Positions 1 to 12,817 of a stretch of 64,000 nt of DNA are shown piece by piece. The notes below the pieces were generated by a model. That model did not search any database. It saw only the letters and a program-made list of their open reading frames with translations, and had not been told where the DNA came from. The stretch is from Takakia lepidozioides. Its lineage: Eukaryota > Plantae > Bryophyta. The stretch spans positions 54,064,001 through 54,128,000 of the forward strand of contig CM060734.1 of assembly GCA_030704615.1 (NCBI GenBank). The letters are read 5' to 3'. Numbering within the stretch: the stretch's first letter is position 1; each line of letters opens with the position of its first letter. A program made the position numbers and the translations under genes.

Positions 1-521
1 CAACCACTGTTGGTAAAACAATGCATTGTTTTATTCAACCTATTATTTATTATGCGAATTCTCTTTCGCATATAGAGAGTCTTCATTCATTCATTTCTTA
101 ATAAAATAAAATAAAAAATAAATACATATATAGTTTTAGGTCACCATAATAGAAAGAGACAAAGAGATAAGACTTTGGCCGTACCCAACGTAAAGTATGA
201 GCCACTTTGCCTTGCAGCTACTACCCTATAAAGAAAGCAGGTCGTGCCAATGGGGTATCCAAGGTACCTAGGGTACCAAGGGTGGATATGTCACCATAAA
301 ATAGTTATGTATCAAATTACAGCAAAATTATATACCAAATTATTATAGTATACAAATTTTTAGTCAATACTCTTACAGAGTGAAGTAGAATCTATGTTTG
401 TGGTTCTACCAAAGATATGTCACACTCTTATCAATCAATATTCTTACAGAGGTATCATCTTGAAAATGAATCAATGTTTGTTTCCCCTCTCCCGGCGGTA
501 TATCAAATTCATATCCATCAA

Positions 522-1255
522 CCCTTAAGTTCCCAAGCCCTTTTTTGACTTTTTATCAATTTTGGGTACCTAGCTGCAGTAAATTGCCCCTAGAAACCTA
601 CCGAAAATCATCCAGAGATTCCAGCCTTATAGCAATGGGCCCAGCTCATTTATGCATGACATACCAAAAAAGGAGCCAAGTCCACCGTGGAAATTGTGAG
701 ATTATAGCGTTGGCCCCGACCTCAAATATTAGGTCCCAAAGAAAAAGTGAGAAAGAAATTGGTTTGACCAAATCAAAACCTAGCTTTATCCAATTTTGCT
801 TGCCCCAAGACCCACCATTTCCAAATCAAAATCTCAAAATTGACAAGAGAAAATGTGCCTCCAAATGAAGTATTTTTTTTTCTACAATTTTTTTAAAAGC
901 CAATGGTGGATGTGTGTATGTAATGCTCACACACCACAAGGTGAAGTGCTTTTTCCAAAATTGCTAATTTTATGCCAAAAATGGCCTTTGGAGTGTAATC
1001 TGTTTTGGGCTTGTTTACCTGCCACGTCAGCGGTCAACAAGCCCTTTTCAGGCCCCAAAACGTAAATGAGAGATCTAAGATATTTTTGTAGGTCGAAGAT
1101 TTTGTTTTTTTTTGTTTTTGTTTTTTGCATCGTACTCGAGACAAATCCCTTGTTATTAAAGCTTCAGGAGTGGGCCCCATCAGATTAGATCTGCAAATTT
1201 AGGTCGAACTGCAAATTCAAAGTGACCCGATTTAGGTCGCTTGGGAACTTAAGGG
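522..1255. mobile_element. piggyBac-like non-autonomous element (MITE)
   Basis: Perfect 17-bp TIRs CCCTTAAGTTCCCAAGC (522-538 and 1239-1255). Flanks are TCAA (518-521) and TTAA (1256-1259), i.e. a TTAA-type target with one substitution and CCC termini. No coding capacity. Confidence 0.7.
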
Positions 1256-1699
1256 TTAACACTCCAATAGAGGTACCATATCATACTATTTGCTTTATTA
1301 TACATAACGTTTCATGTCATGCCCCATCAGAAGTGCTTTGACGATGTCAAGAAACAGGATGGCAGGCACAGGCGGTCCCGATTTGTCTTTTTACATTATA
1401 TATTAGAGTGTCATTGAACCGCTCGCTTTTATTTCCTTAATTATTTAAGAACAACACAACGCCAGGGCTGACGGTTTTATTTTTTTAGTTTCTATTTTTA
1501 TGTATCAAAATAGCCAGCTCCGGCGGTCTTAGGACGTTTTTTTATTTCTTTGAGTAATTATTTTTAAAGTTTGGGAAGGTCAGAAATGACGGTCCTGATT
1601 TTCTTTTTCTCTTTCCCATGTTTTCCATTCCAGACCACTAGAAGCTGGCGTTGCATATTTTTATATTATATTTGGGAAAAATATGCATTAAATAAATTA

Positions 1700-2790
1700 A
1701 AGCTGAGAAAAAACAATCCGGGCGACCACCATAGCGGTCGCCCAGGAAAGAGCGTCTCCACTGTGGTGATTGCCCTGGAAAAAAAAAGCTTTCTTTTAGA
1801 GATTTAAAATTATATTAATAGAATAGGATTTCTTTTTTGAGTGGTCGCCTGGGAAGAAATTAAATTTAAGTAATAAATAACAGAAAACTAAATAAATAAC
1901 AGAAATTAAAAAATAAATAAAGAAAACAAACTATAGAGATTAGACTAAAAATAAACTAAAATATTCAGTAAAACAATAAAATCGACGGTGACCACTGGGA
2001 CAACGGTTTCCGGGAAAGAGCCTGCGGGAAAAAGATAATGTGAATAATATAAATCAAAAAGAAAATCTGGGCAACCGGGAAAGAGTGTCTGCTGCTGCGG
2101 TCGCTGAAAAAACAAAAGAGACAAAAACAAAAACTCTTACATAAAATAAGGAAAAAATGACTGGGGAAAGAGCGTCTGCTGTGCCGAGGTCGCCTGAGAA
2201 AACAAATTAAAATATAAAGACTTAAAATGATAAAACTAAAATAAGAAATTAAAATAAGAAAACAAAACAAAAAATTAAATCCACAGCGGTTGTCAAGGAA
2301 GGTGCATCGCCCGTGCAGTGGCCAGGGAAAAACAATTTAAAAAAACAAAAAAAAGGAAGAAAAAGAAAATCCGGCGACTGTAGCGCCTGGGAAAGAGTGT
2401 CTGCCGCTGCGTTGTCCCATCAGAAAAAAAACTGAAAAGATGAACTTCAAATTAAAATAAGGAATAAAAAGAGAGAGAGAGAGAGGAAAAAAAATTGGGT
2501 GACCCCTGTGGCAGCAGTCGCCTGACAAAGAGTGTCTGCCGCTGCGTGGTTGCGTGAGAAAAAAAATAAAAAAATAAAAAATATGAATTTAAAATTAAAA
2601 TAAAGGAAAAAATCAAGAATATCCGGGCGACCGCTATGGCTGTGGTCGCCTGGGAATGAGCGTCTGCCGCTGTGTGGTCACTGAAAAAATAATATTAAAA
2701 AACCATAAAACAAAAGAAATAAATTAAAATAATAAAAACAAAAAAATCGGGCAACCGGTGTGACAGCTGTCACCCAGGAAAAAAAAATAT
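1700..2790. repeat. AT-rich region with dispersed GC-rich motif repeats (GGGAAAGAG(C/T)GTCTGC(C/T)GCTG / GGTCGCC), probably subterminal repeats of an older TE interrupted by the hAT insertion
   Basis: The motif recurs roughly every 110-130 bp between A-rich spacers. Similar sequence resumes after the hAT TSD at 7467. Confidence 0.5.
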
Positions 2791-3829
2791 AATGATAAGA
2801 TAATGATATAATATAATGATCGGTAGAACTGTCGTCCTAGAAATACCTTTAAACCAGTGTTGGTCTGGTATCAGGTTTAGGACATACCAGACTCCTCCTG
2901 GTACCAGACCCATCACAAAACTTTCATACCAGTCTGGTCTATATAATGGTGGATGTATTTTTTTTCAAATACTGGTATGAGTATGAGTATCATGACCACA
3001 ATACCAGCTGGTATGAGATATCAATTTTGGTATCATTCCAAAGCCATCTTGACTTACAAATTTATCAAATATCAAGTGAAAACAAATACAATAAACATAA
3101 AGTAAATATAAATAAGTACATGTATGTACCAGTGTTGGTCTGGTATCCCATGCAACACATACCAGTCTGGTCCTGGTATAGAGGATTCTAAAGATGTTTG
3201 ATACCAGCTGAACTCTTGTACCAGCTAGATATTGACATTTCCACTACCAGTATGGTATGAGTAATTGTTGAGATTGGAATTGTGCAATATTGGTATAAAT
3301 ATGAGCAATATCAAAGTTATACCATGAAGTATTGGTGATTAATGTTGGTATCAACTTGGAATTCATTTGAAATGAAATTTTCATGCATAAAGAATATTCA
3401 AAACAAGTGTGGCTCATATTGCATATCACATATCACACCGCAAATCAACCGACATATTCACTTGGAAGCAAATTTTGCTCCCCAAAATTCTCAGAAGCAA
3501 ATCATCTCATCCCAATGAGCACCACTCACTAACTTACAGCCTCAAACCATTGCAATTACCAAGCTCCATGAACTAGTACAATCTGATAGCACAAAAAAAG
3601 ACAATCTCTCTACAGTCAAAGCGAAATAAACATGCAAACATTGTACAGTTTCAAGTGCACCATAATTCAATTTGTAGCAGAAGTCATACGATTGCCCCCA
3701 ATCCACTGAGTCACAACATTTGCAAACCTGTTAAGAGTACTGAAGTTGCCACACAATTGCAGACATCCTCACAGTCAGAAGCAAATACTGAAACTAAGTG
3801 CTATAACACATCCTCAAAGTAACTAGCAT

Positions 3830-6166
3830 CTTAAGTTCTTCTTCATAATCTTCCAGGAAATCATCTTCAGCAACGAAAAATTCCTCCACTCCCTTATCAG
3901 CGAGAGGGCAACCAGTCTTTGCATCGCTAGGCTAGTTCTTTAAAATCATCACTAATTTGTCCATGTTCTTCACTCCAAGTCGGCATCGATGCATGCTGGT
4001 AGAGAAGACTCCGGCCGAAGCCGACATAACTAAGAGCCACTTTGCCTTGCGGCTACTGCCCCCTTTCGGGGGTGGGCCCTATCCATGCTGGTAAGTATCC
4101 CTGCAATGCTGAATATGCGTTTGGTCTCAATCTGCAAACCTGGTATTCCTAGGAATTGGCGAGCAAAAAACCCTACATTGGGGAAACGACTTTCATGATC
4201 CTTCCACCACAATAATGGAGACTTGACATCATCTAGATTCACAATCAAACGACGATACATTGACAACTCACCTTTAAACAGCCCTGAGCTCGCCTCTTCA
4301 GTCGAGGCAGAAACTCCCCATAGTGATTCGTGAGGGAGTGGCTCTGTTGGAGGAGGACTATCTGCACGGCCTGGATTGAGATGCTTGAATGCAGTAACCA
4401 ATAGTGGCAACATGACTTGTTGATCATACTCTTTTGTAATAGCCTTTGTATTTTCTCATCCTCCATAGTCCATGATGCACTGCAGGCCTTTGTACCGAGG
4501 ATCAAGCATAAGTGCACACATAATATTCTATGCATGGCCTCGATTAAAAGTGACTGCAAAAGACAGAAAAGGCTGCAAGACATTGATAACTTCTAATCCC
4601 ATTTGAGCATACAAGATTTCCAACTCCTGCTCAAAATCACCACATGTTAGTGGAGGGTTCATGGCTGCCCGACGATTATAATCTTGACTCAGTTTTGTAG
4701 CAACAGAGAATGCAACAACAGCCAATATCCTCTAGTCTAATCTACAATGCTTTGTTTCACAATAGGTGTGAGAGTTCAGTGACTGCCTTGGCAATGGCCC
4801 ATGTTGAGCCACCAGGTACCCGAGATTGAAGTCGTGACGTCTGTCGACTGTAGCACAAGTTAATCGTTGTAGAATATTCCAAGGTCTCCTGGAAGAGCAC
4901 CACCTTTGAGGCAAATCGCGTTTTGACAAGGGTTTTAAGCTTTCTTGGCCGCAATCCAACTTCCTTACAAGCAAGATCCCATTCATGTCTTCCCTTTCCT
5001 GATTTTTTAGTCCATGTTATTGTCTTCTGCAAGGCACTTTGAGCATCCACAAGGCTAACCTCTTTCATTCCAGCTCCCACTTTGCTCTCAGTTGTGGCGT
5101 ATTGGCAAGCCTTTGACATGAGATGCCCAAAACAAAACACCAACAAATGGTGATTGAAGTTGCAGAGGTGTGCAAGACACAATTGATGTGAGAGCTTGAG
5201 CAAGAGTATTTAAGTTAGTCCCTTCATCCTTCACATACGAGATAATTTTGTCTGTAAGCTTGTACTCGGCTAGAAGCTTCTTAACATGTTCCGCCAGTGT
5301 TGCGCCAGAAGTGTCTGATGCCTCAAACTAACCTACAGTAATATCGCATGGAAGCCACTTCTCATTGATGAAGTTAATGACCAGAGCAAAAGTGTCAAAT
5401 CCTGATCTGGACATCCACAAATCAAAAGTGGTTGTGGCTGTGGCACATTTTGCAATCGACGGGAGTACGTAACACTCCGTTGTTTTTGCTAGCATCGCCA
5501 GGATGTGCTCATGCACAAGCTGCTTGCGAGAAGGAAAGTGCACCTTATCACAATGCCGTAAAACCAATCGCCGCAACCAACTGCATGGTCTCAACAACTG
5601 ACATATGCATGTAACCTCTGGCCATGAACAAAACCAGATATTCTATAAAGTGTAGGTGACCAAGGTCGTTAGTCTCTGTAAGGATGTTTGCAACCAAAGA
5701 ACTCCGTGATGACAGTGGGTGCAGCCGAGTTCCTTCTCTTCTTACATTTTTGGCGTCCACCTTGAGCCTCATCTGCAGATCATTTGTGCTCCTTATATCT
5801 TGTGAGTGCAACACCGTGTTCGTTACCCACATGTTTCTTCATACTCGTAATGCCATGAGAAGGATTGTATGCAATAACACCTTTTGGAGATCTAATTCCG
5901 TTGCTGGAACTGGAAGATGGGCTTGTAGGATGACATAACACACACCACATGATTTGACAAACATGAACGTCCATGGCTGTTGCTGGGTCATTGAGCACAA
6001 AAAATGCCCAAGCAGGTGTAGATCTGTGATATATTGGGTACCAAACTTTTGGTTCTTCACAAGTTGTAAGCTCGCTGAACTTTCCAAATCGCTTCTTCCT
6101 CGGCAGCAAGCACCTCAGCCGTCGTCTCCATTGTGTGCTCACATGGTCAGTCAAAACTACTATCAA
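3830..6166 (-). pseudogene. hAT transposase pseudogene (BED finger, DDE core, C-terminal dimerisation domain)
   Basis: Fragments WAFF...CVLC...ITSMKKHVGNEH (BED finger), TFDLWMS, VKTRFAS, PLLWWKDHESRFPNVGFFARQFLGIPGLQIETKRIFS. Multiple stops and frameshifts. Confidence 0.92.
4002..4083 (-). mobile_element. 82-bp structured insertion with a 10-bp TSD (probable 5'-truncated retroposon 3' end)
   Basis: Direct repeat CATGCTGGTA at 3992-4001 and 4084-4093. It interrupts the transposase. A related copy lies at ~164-250 (shared GAGCCACTTTGCCTTGC(A/G)GCTACT). Confidence 0.75.
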
Positions 6167-8893
6167 AATATCCGTCAGAAGAGCCAGCTTAATCTTTTTC
6201 CACGTCAGGTATGAACTTGGTGTGATTTGGATTTTTTAGCATGACCATGAAAGTTCACACCTGGCTTAAAGAACATAGTTAACCTATTACCAAGGGTGGT
6301 GTGAACTTGGGCTCTTTTCACCGTGAAATGTGTGAGAAGAGCTATTGGAAGACCCACTTTCTCTAGTGGTGTATGAAGCCAAAAGTAGCTTGAATAATCA
6401 TATGGGTCGATCCGGACAACCTCTACAACCACACGGAGAGTCTAGTCGTCCATGAATCGTCGCAGTTGCTTATGATAGAACGACATTTGAGGCGCGTAGG
6501 CTCCAAATGATGTGTTCATGGCGTACGCGGTATAACTTGTTGTGTTCAAAAGCAACTGTCAGGTAGCAAAAGCAATATGGAAGAATGATCCCAACAATCT
6601 GCGGAGCTTAGAGATGTACATGTCATAATTCCTAAGTACTTTGTTCTTCTTATGTTATACTATGATGTACTTGTTGTATTTGTTCATTTGGATCCATGAT
6701 GAACGATCAAACCTTACCAAATCAAACACTATAATTCTGGAAGTAGATAAGTTGGGTTAAACATATCGTTCATTTGATAACACACAAACAGAAACACAAG
6801 TTCAGTGCAACGTAAGTCAGTTACACAGAACAAAACCTCAGTGGAAAGCTGCGCTGATGCTTGGCCGGCAGCATTGAAACGTGGCCGGCGCCACAAACCC
6901 TACCAACTACCAACACATTAAGAATGAATGCCGCCATTGCAATAATCAGTTGCAACAACCCTCCATAGCTACTTACTGAGAACCCTAAGTTTGCAGGATA
7001 GCGATACCAGGCTATAAAGAAGGAAGAAAGTGAACGTGCATTGAGTATGAAGTCTGGTATTCCAAAAGTGCTACCAGGCTGGTATGGTCCCTTCCCATGT
7101 CTTGTAAACTCTCATACCAGGGGTATACTAGTTTGCACCCGAGTATCACAACTGTTTGAGACCAGCCTGGTCTGGTTCTTCATACCAGTGTTGATACCAT
7201 TCTCGATACGAGATTTACCCATATATACCAGACCAACACTGGTATGTACACATAAATTAGTATAGTACACATACCAGAGTAAATGAGAAAGATGGCGGGG
7301 GGTACTGGTATCGTGGCTGGTATGAGAAAACGGATATCAGGCTGGTCTGGTATTTGATCTGGTATGTACATCTTAAGACCATGCTTGTCTGGTCCCTGAT
7401 ACCAGGGTTGATACCAGCGTTGATACTCGGGTCTGATACCCATACCAGACCAACACTGCTTTAAACCATGGTGACCGATTGTTTGGGAAAAATAAATAAA
7501 TAAATAATAAAACTAAATTCATTTAGTTTCATAAATGAACAACTAGGTTGCAAGTGGGTTGTTCGGAACAAGTAGGTTGTACAAGTGGGTTGTTAACAAG
7601 TGGCCCCGTTAGGAATAAGTGGGTTGTTAAGAGCACCCCCAACGGAGGTACGCCCATCCCATTTCCAACGCCATTTTGGCATGGCGTTTCATGGATCGTG
7701 ACCCACCGTACCCCGCCAACACTATATTTGGCACGGAGGGACCTATGCCAAGGGCAAGGGGTACGCCATATTCGCAATCTTTGGCGTGTCTCGCCAAATC
7801 TCCGCCAAGGCCCAAGCATTGGGAGCAAATCTGGTGCGTGCACATCGTGCAGAGTTATGAAGAACGCACGCAAAGTTACGAAGAAATGCCTTTGGGGATA
7901 TGAACAGCAGGTGTGGCGGAGCCTAGAGCCACCACGTGGCTTCCGCAGACTGGCCAACCCACATTGGCGCCGGATTTAAGCATAATCCCGGTGGACATCC
8001 TTCCGCCACACTCCACGCCGTGAACCAAACTCTACGCCAAAACTCCACGCCATGAGTAGCTTGGCCTGGCCCCATGGCGTTCATTGGAGATACTCTAACA
8101 ACTATGTTGTTTGGAACAAGTATCAACAGGGCTGTCCGAAAGGTGTCTATTGCATGCGGGCCCCACATGGCTATTGCCAGCCTCTGACAATTGCATGTGG
8201 GGCCCATTTGATGGCTGCGTGAAAGTGCTAACCGATAGGAGCCATCAGAACGGGCTCGACGACGAAGCGGTGGTCGATGTAGGGCCCCTGACCACTGCCA
8301 CAGTGGAAGAGCACAGTAATATCCTTCTTCAAAGTTGGGTAAAAGCACACGTTCTTGAGCAGAGTTTGGAGTTCGTTGTTCCTCATCGTGTAGAGCCCAA
8401 TGGAGCCCAAAACAACTTGCATGAATGTTGTTGAAAGCTCACTAGCACCCCTCAGTAAAGGACCTTGTCACAATGTTGATACTGTCGGATTTCCGAGCAC
8501 AAACCTCTGCCTTGGAGCACGGAGTAGAGCTGGCATGAGTTTTTTAAAGATCCTTCACGACGGTGGGACAACCGCAAATGCAAGGTGTGGCTTTTTCTTA
8601 ATGTACGATGTGAAGAAGCTTGTCCATCCTGCAAATGTGGGCTCTTGGCTCCTGTTAGTACCATGATTTGGTATTCTTCCTGATGTTTACAAGGTTCTTG
8701 GGAGAGCCAGCTTGGTCTTAGCAGGCCGTGTTTCAATCTCTGCCTGCTCAGCTGCACCGTGGCGGTTCTCACAGACCAATCCGACATTACCTAACTACAG
8801 ACACGAGCAGCACACACAAGAGGTCGTTTTGGGTTGATGGTCGGTCAAATCCTGCATGGGCCATGACACAAGGTCATGGACAATGTGGTGAGG

Positions 8894-10029
8894 GCACCTT
8901 CTTTTTCGACCTATTTCAGCCTGTTTTGCCCTCTCATCAGACTCGGCCCTGAATTTGCATATTGAATTCTGTAAGTTAGCTCGTTGGGTGGATCTGTGGT
9001 GGTTTGGAGTGACTTAGACAAGTTACTGCCGATGTGGCAGCAGGAAAGTGTCCAAAAACAGATAACAGAGATGAGGAGAAGCTTTGGAATGAACACTTTT
9101 CCGACCCCATCAATGGTGGGACAATGGAGACAAAAAGGTGAATGCCTGTTGGAAGCAGATGCATGTCAGCATAGGAACTAGTGTGGTAAGTATGGTTGGG
9201 GTGTTGGCTGGGAGAATTCTAGGCTGTCATTGTCAGTTGCTAGCAGCAAGGCAAGGATGTATGCATGATTTGTGCAGAGGCATGGATAGCTGAAGGAGCA
9301 GGGATAGAGTCCAGATTCATCCGAGAGGGCCAGATTTCATGCACAAGATTACCTGTGATTCCCTGTGGATCAATAGCTACAAGAAACCTGCATGGGTAGA
9401 TGGTCAACTGGAAGCCGCAGCAGCAGCGGCACAATCGATAAAATCAGGCACTGCTAATGAATGCACCTTCTTCAACACATTTCACCCTGTTTTTCCCTCT
9501 TATCAGAATCGGCCCTAAATTTTCATGCTGAATTCTGCAAGTTAGCTGGTTGAGTGAATGTAGTTTGGAGTGATTTTGACATGATACTGCCAATGTGACA
9601 ACAGGAAAGTATCCAGAAACAGGTAACAGAGACGAGGAGAAGCTGTGGAATGAATACTTTTCTGACCCCAGTCCATGGTGGGACAATCGAGGCAAAAAGG
9701 TGAATGCCTGTTGGATTACAGAGAGTAGCAGACACAATTGAGCATAGGAACTAGTGTGATAAGTTGAGTTCGGTGTTTCCAAGAGCAAATCTAGGCTGTC
9801 ATTGTCAGCTGCTAGCAGCAAGGCAAGGATGAATGCATGATTTGTGCAGAAGCATGGATAGCTGAAGGAGCAGGGGTAGAATGTGGGTCCAGATTTATCC
9901 AAGAGGGGCAGATTTCAAGCACAAGATTACCTATGATTCCCTGTGGATCAATAGCTACAAGAAACCTGCATGGGTAGATGGTCAACTAAAGGCAGCAGCT
10001 GCAGCGGCACAGTTGATAAAATCAGGCAC
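8894..10029 (+). repeat. Tandem ~560-bp duplication of the PDF-motif exon pair upstream of the PPR array
   Basis: 8894-9450 and 9463-10029 align throughout (EEKLWNE..WWDN..KK exon, intron, I.PRG(P/A)DF.HKIT.DSLWINSYKKPAWVDGQL exon). Copy 1 has a 1-nt deletion at ~9110. Confidence 0.85.
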
Positions 10030-12817
10030 CTCAACCATGAGCACAGCTTCTGGAAGAGGATCAAGAGAGGGAGTCCACAATGCCTCTTCTGGCACTTCTG
10101 GGCATGTGAAGATGCTTTGTGAGGCAGGCAGACTGAAAGAGGCTCTACAGACTTTAAACCAAGGAGGCATTTCAGCAGATTCAGATACGTATGTCAGTCT
10201 CTTGCATGAGTGCATCAAGATGAAAGGCCTGGAAGCTGGAAAGCAGGTGCACACTCACATTATCCAAAGTGGATTCACGCCAAATGTTTTTCTACTCAAC
10301 ACCCTTGTCAACATGTATGTTAAGTGCGGGAGCATCATGGATGCTCACCAAGTGTTCAACCGAATGCCTCAACGATCTTTGATCACGTGGAATATAATGT
10401 TGGCAGGATTTACCAAGCATGGGTGTGGTAGGAATGCTTTGGAGACCTATGAGCAAATGATGCGCGAATGGGTGAAGCCCAACCACATCACGTTTGTTTG
10501 TGTTTGCAATGCGTGTGCAAGCCTGGGAGCTCTGGAAAAGGGGAAAGAGGTCCATGGTGACATTGTCAAAGCTGGAATCGTACCAGATGTGATTCTGAAC
10601 AATACCCTCGTGGACATGTATGCCAAATGTGGGTGCATGGAGGATGCGAAGGGAGTGTTCAACAATATGGCTGAACGAAATGTGGTGTCGTGGAGTGCGA
10701 TGATTGCAGGGTATGCACAGCAGGGGCGCGGGATGGAGGCTTTGGAGACATATGAGCAAATGATGGGGCAAGGGGTGAAGCCCAACCACATCACATTTGT
10801 GTGCATTTGCAATGCGTGTGCAACCCTGGCAGCTCTGGAAAAGGGCAAAGACGTCCATGGCGACATCGTCAGAGCTGGAATTGTACCAGATGTGATTCTG
10901 AACAATACCCTCGTGGACATGTATGCCAAGTGTGGGAGCATTGAGGATGCGGAGGGAGTGTTCAGCAATATGGCTCAACGAGATGTGGTGTCGTGGAATG
11001 CGATGATTGCAGGATATGCACAGCAGGGGCGCGGGATGGAGGCTTTGGAGACCTATGAGCAAATGATGGGGGAAGGGGTGAAGCCCGACCACATCACGTT
11101 TGTGTGCGTTTGCAATGCGTGTGCAAGCCTGGCAGCCTTGGAAAAGGGCAAAGTGGTCCATGGCGACATCGTCAGAGCTGGAATTGTACCAAATGTCATT
11201 CTGAACACTGCCCTGGTGGACATGTATGCAAAATGTGGGAGCATAGAGGATGCAAAGGGAGTGTTCAACACTATGGCTGAACGAGATGTGGTGTCGTGGA
11301 GTGCGATGATTGCAGGATATGCACAGCAGGGGCGTGGGATGGAGGCTTTGGAGACGTATGAGCAAATGATGGGGGAAGGGGTGAAGCCCAACCACATCAC
11401 GTTTGTGTGCGTTTGCAGTGCGTGTGCAAGCCTGGCAGCCCTGGAGAAGGGCAAAGAGGTGCATGGTTGCATTGCCAAAGCTGCAATTGTACCAGATGTC
11501 ATCCTGAACACTGCCCTGGTGGACATGTATGCCAAATGTGGGAGCATGGAGGATGCGAAGGGAGTGTTCAACAATATGGCTGAACGAAATGTGGTGTCGT
11601 GGAGTGCGATGATTGCAGGGTATGCACAGCAGGGGCGCGGGATGGAGGCTTTGGAGACGTATGAGCAAATGATGGGGGAAGGGGTGAAGCCCGACCGCAT
11701 CACGTTTGTGTGCGTTTGCAGTGCGTGTGCAAGCCTGGCAGCCCTGGAAAAGGGCAAAGATGTGCATGGTTGCATTGTCAAAGCTGGAATTGTACCAGAT
11801 GTGATTCTGAACAATACCCTCGTGGACATGTATGCCAAATGTGGGTGCATCGAGGATGCAAAGGGAGTGTTCGACAATATGGCTGAACGAAATGTGGTGT
11901 CGTGGAATGCGATGATCGCAGGATATGCACAGCATGGTCGTCATAGGGAGGTCGTGCAACTATTTGAAGGAATGCAAAAGTCCGGCTTGAAGCCGGACAG
12001 TATCACCTTTATATGTGTTCTCTCTGCATGCAGCCACGCTGGCCTACTGAATGAAGGAAGACGCTACTTTGATTCCCTGAGTCAAGATCATGGTGTCATT
12101 CCGACAGTAAAGCACTTTGGCTGCATGGTGGACCTTCTTGGACGTGCGGGACAACTGGATGAGGCAGTGGACCTGATTAATAAAATACCAATCAATCCAG
12201 ATGTTGTGATGTGGAAGGCCTTGCTTGGTGCCTGCAGAATCCATGGCAATGTGGAGATGGCTGAACGTGCGGCAACATCTATCCTCAAGTGGGATGAACA
12301 GGATGCCGCGACTTATGTGTTGCTCTCAAACATCTATGCTGCAGCTGGCAGGTGGGATGATACTGCAAAGGTGAGAAGAATGATGAAGGTCAGAGGGGTT
12401 AGAAAGGAGCCAGGTCGCTGCTGCATTGAGGTTGGCAACAGGGTGCACACCTTCGTTGTAGATGACAAGTTGCATCCCAGAATTAAGGAAATCCATGCTG
12501 AGCTGAGAAGATTGTCTGGGCAGATGAAGGAGGCGGGGTATGTGCCTGACACGCGCTTTGTATTGCACGATGTGGGGGAGGAGGAAAAGGAATTTTCTCT
12601 TTGCCACCACAGTGAGAAGCTGGCCATTGGTTTTGGGCTGATCAGCACGACCCCTAGGACGCCTCTGCGTCTCATCAAGAATCTTCGAGTGTGTGGCGAC
12701 TGCCACACCTCCACCAAATTCATCTCCAAGATTGTTGGCCGAGCAATTGTTGTACGGGACGCGACCCGCTTTCACCACTTTGAAGATGGGATTTGTTCCT
12801 GTGGGGATTACTGGTGA
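9605..12817 (+). CDS. PLS-class PPR protein with E1/E2 and DYW cytidine deaminase domain (organellar C-to-U RNA editing factor), N-terminal OSB-like PDF motif
   Basis: Open 978-aa frame with 20 P/L/S motifs, PG box PGRCCIEV, HSEKLAI, CGDCH and terminal DYW. Predicted upstream exon 9605-9699 splices by GT..AG (9700-9892) in phase 0. The true start and transit-peptide exon are uncertain, possibly ~8680-8887. Confidence 0.96.

Larger units (their letters stand above)
2855..7458 (-). mobile_element. hAT-superfamily DNA transposon, full length
   Basis: 17-bp TIRs CAGTGTTGGTCTGGTAT, perfect 8-bp TSD CTTTAAAC (2847-2854 and 7459-7466), many subterminal TGGTAT/ATACCA motifs, internal transposase remnants. 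Confidence 0.95.

Noticed and set aside
7529-8666. Overlapping 100-140 aa ORFs
   Set aside because: No recognisable domain in any frame, so left unannotated.
10292-11959. Long antisense ORFs (555, 274 and 173 aa) over the PPR gene
   Set aside because: Shadow frames produced by the repetitive PPR coding sequence.
12400-12817. U-to-C (DYW:KP) editing factor
   Set aside because: It has the canonical PG box, HSEK and terminal DYW of the C-to-U type.
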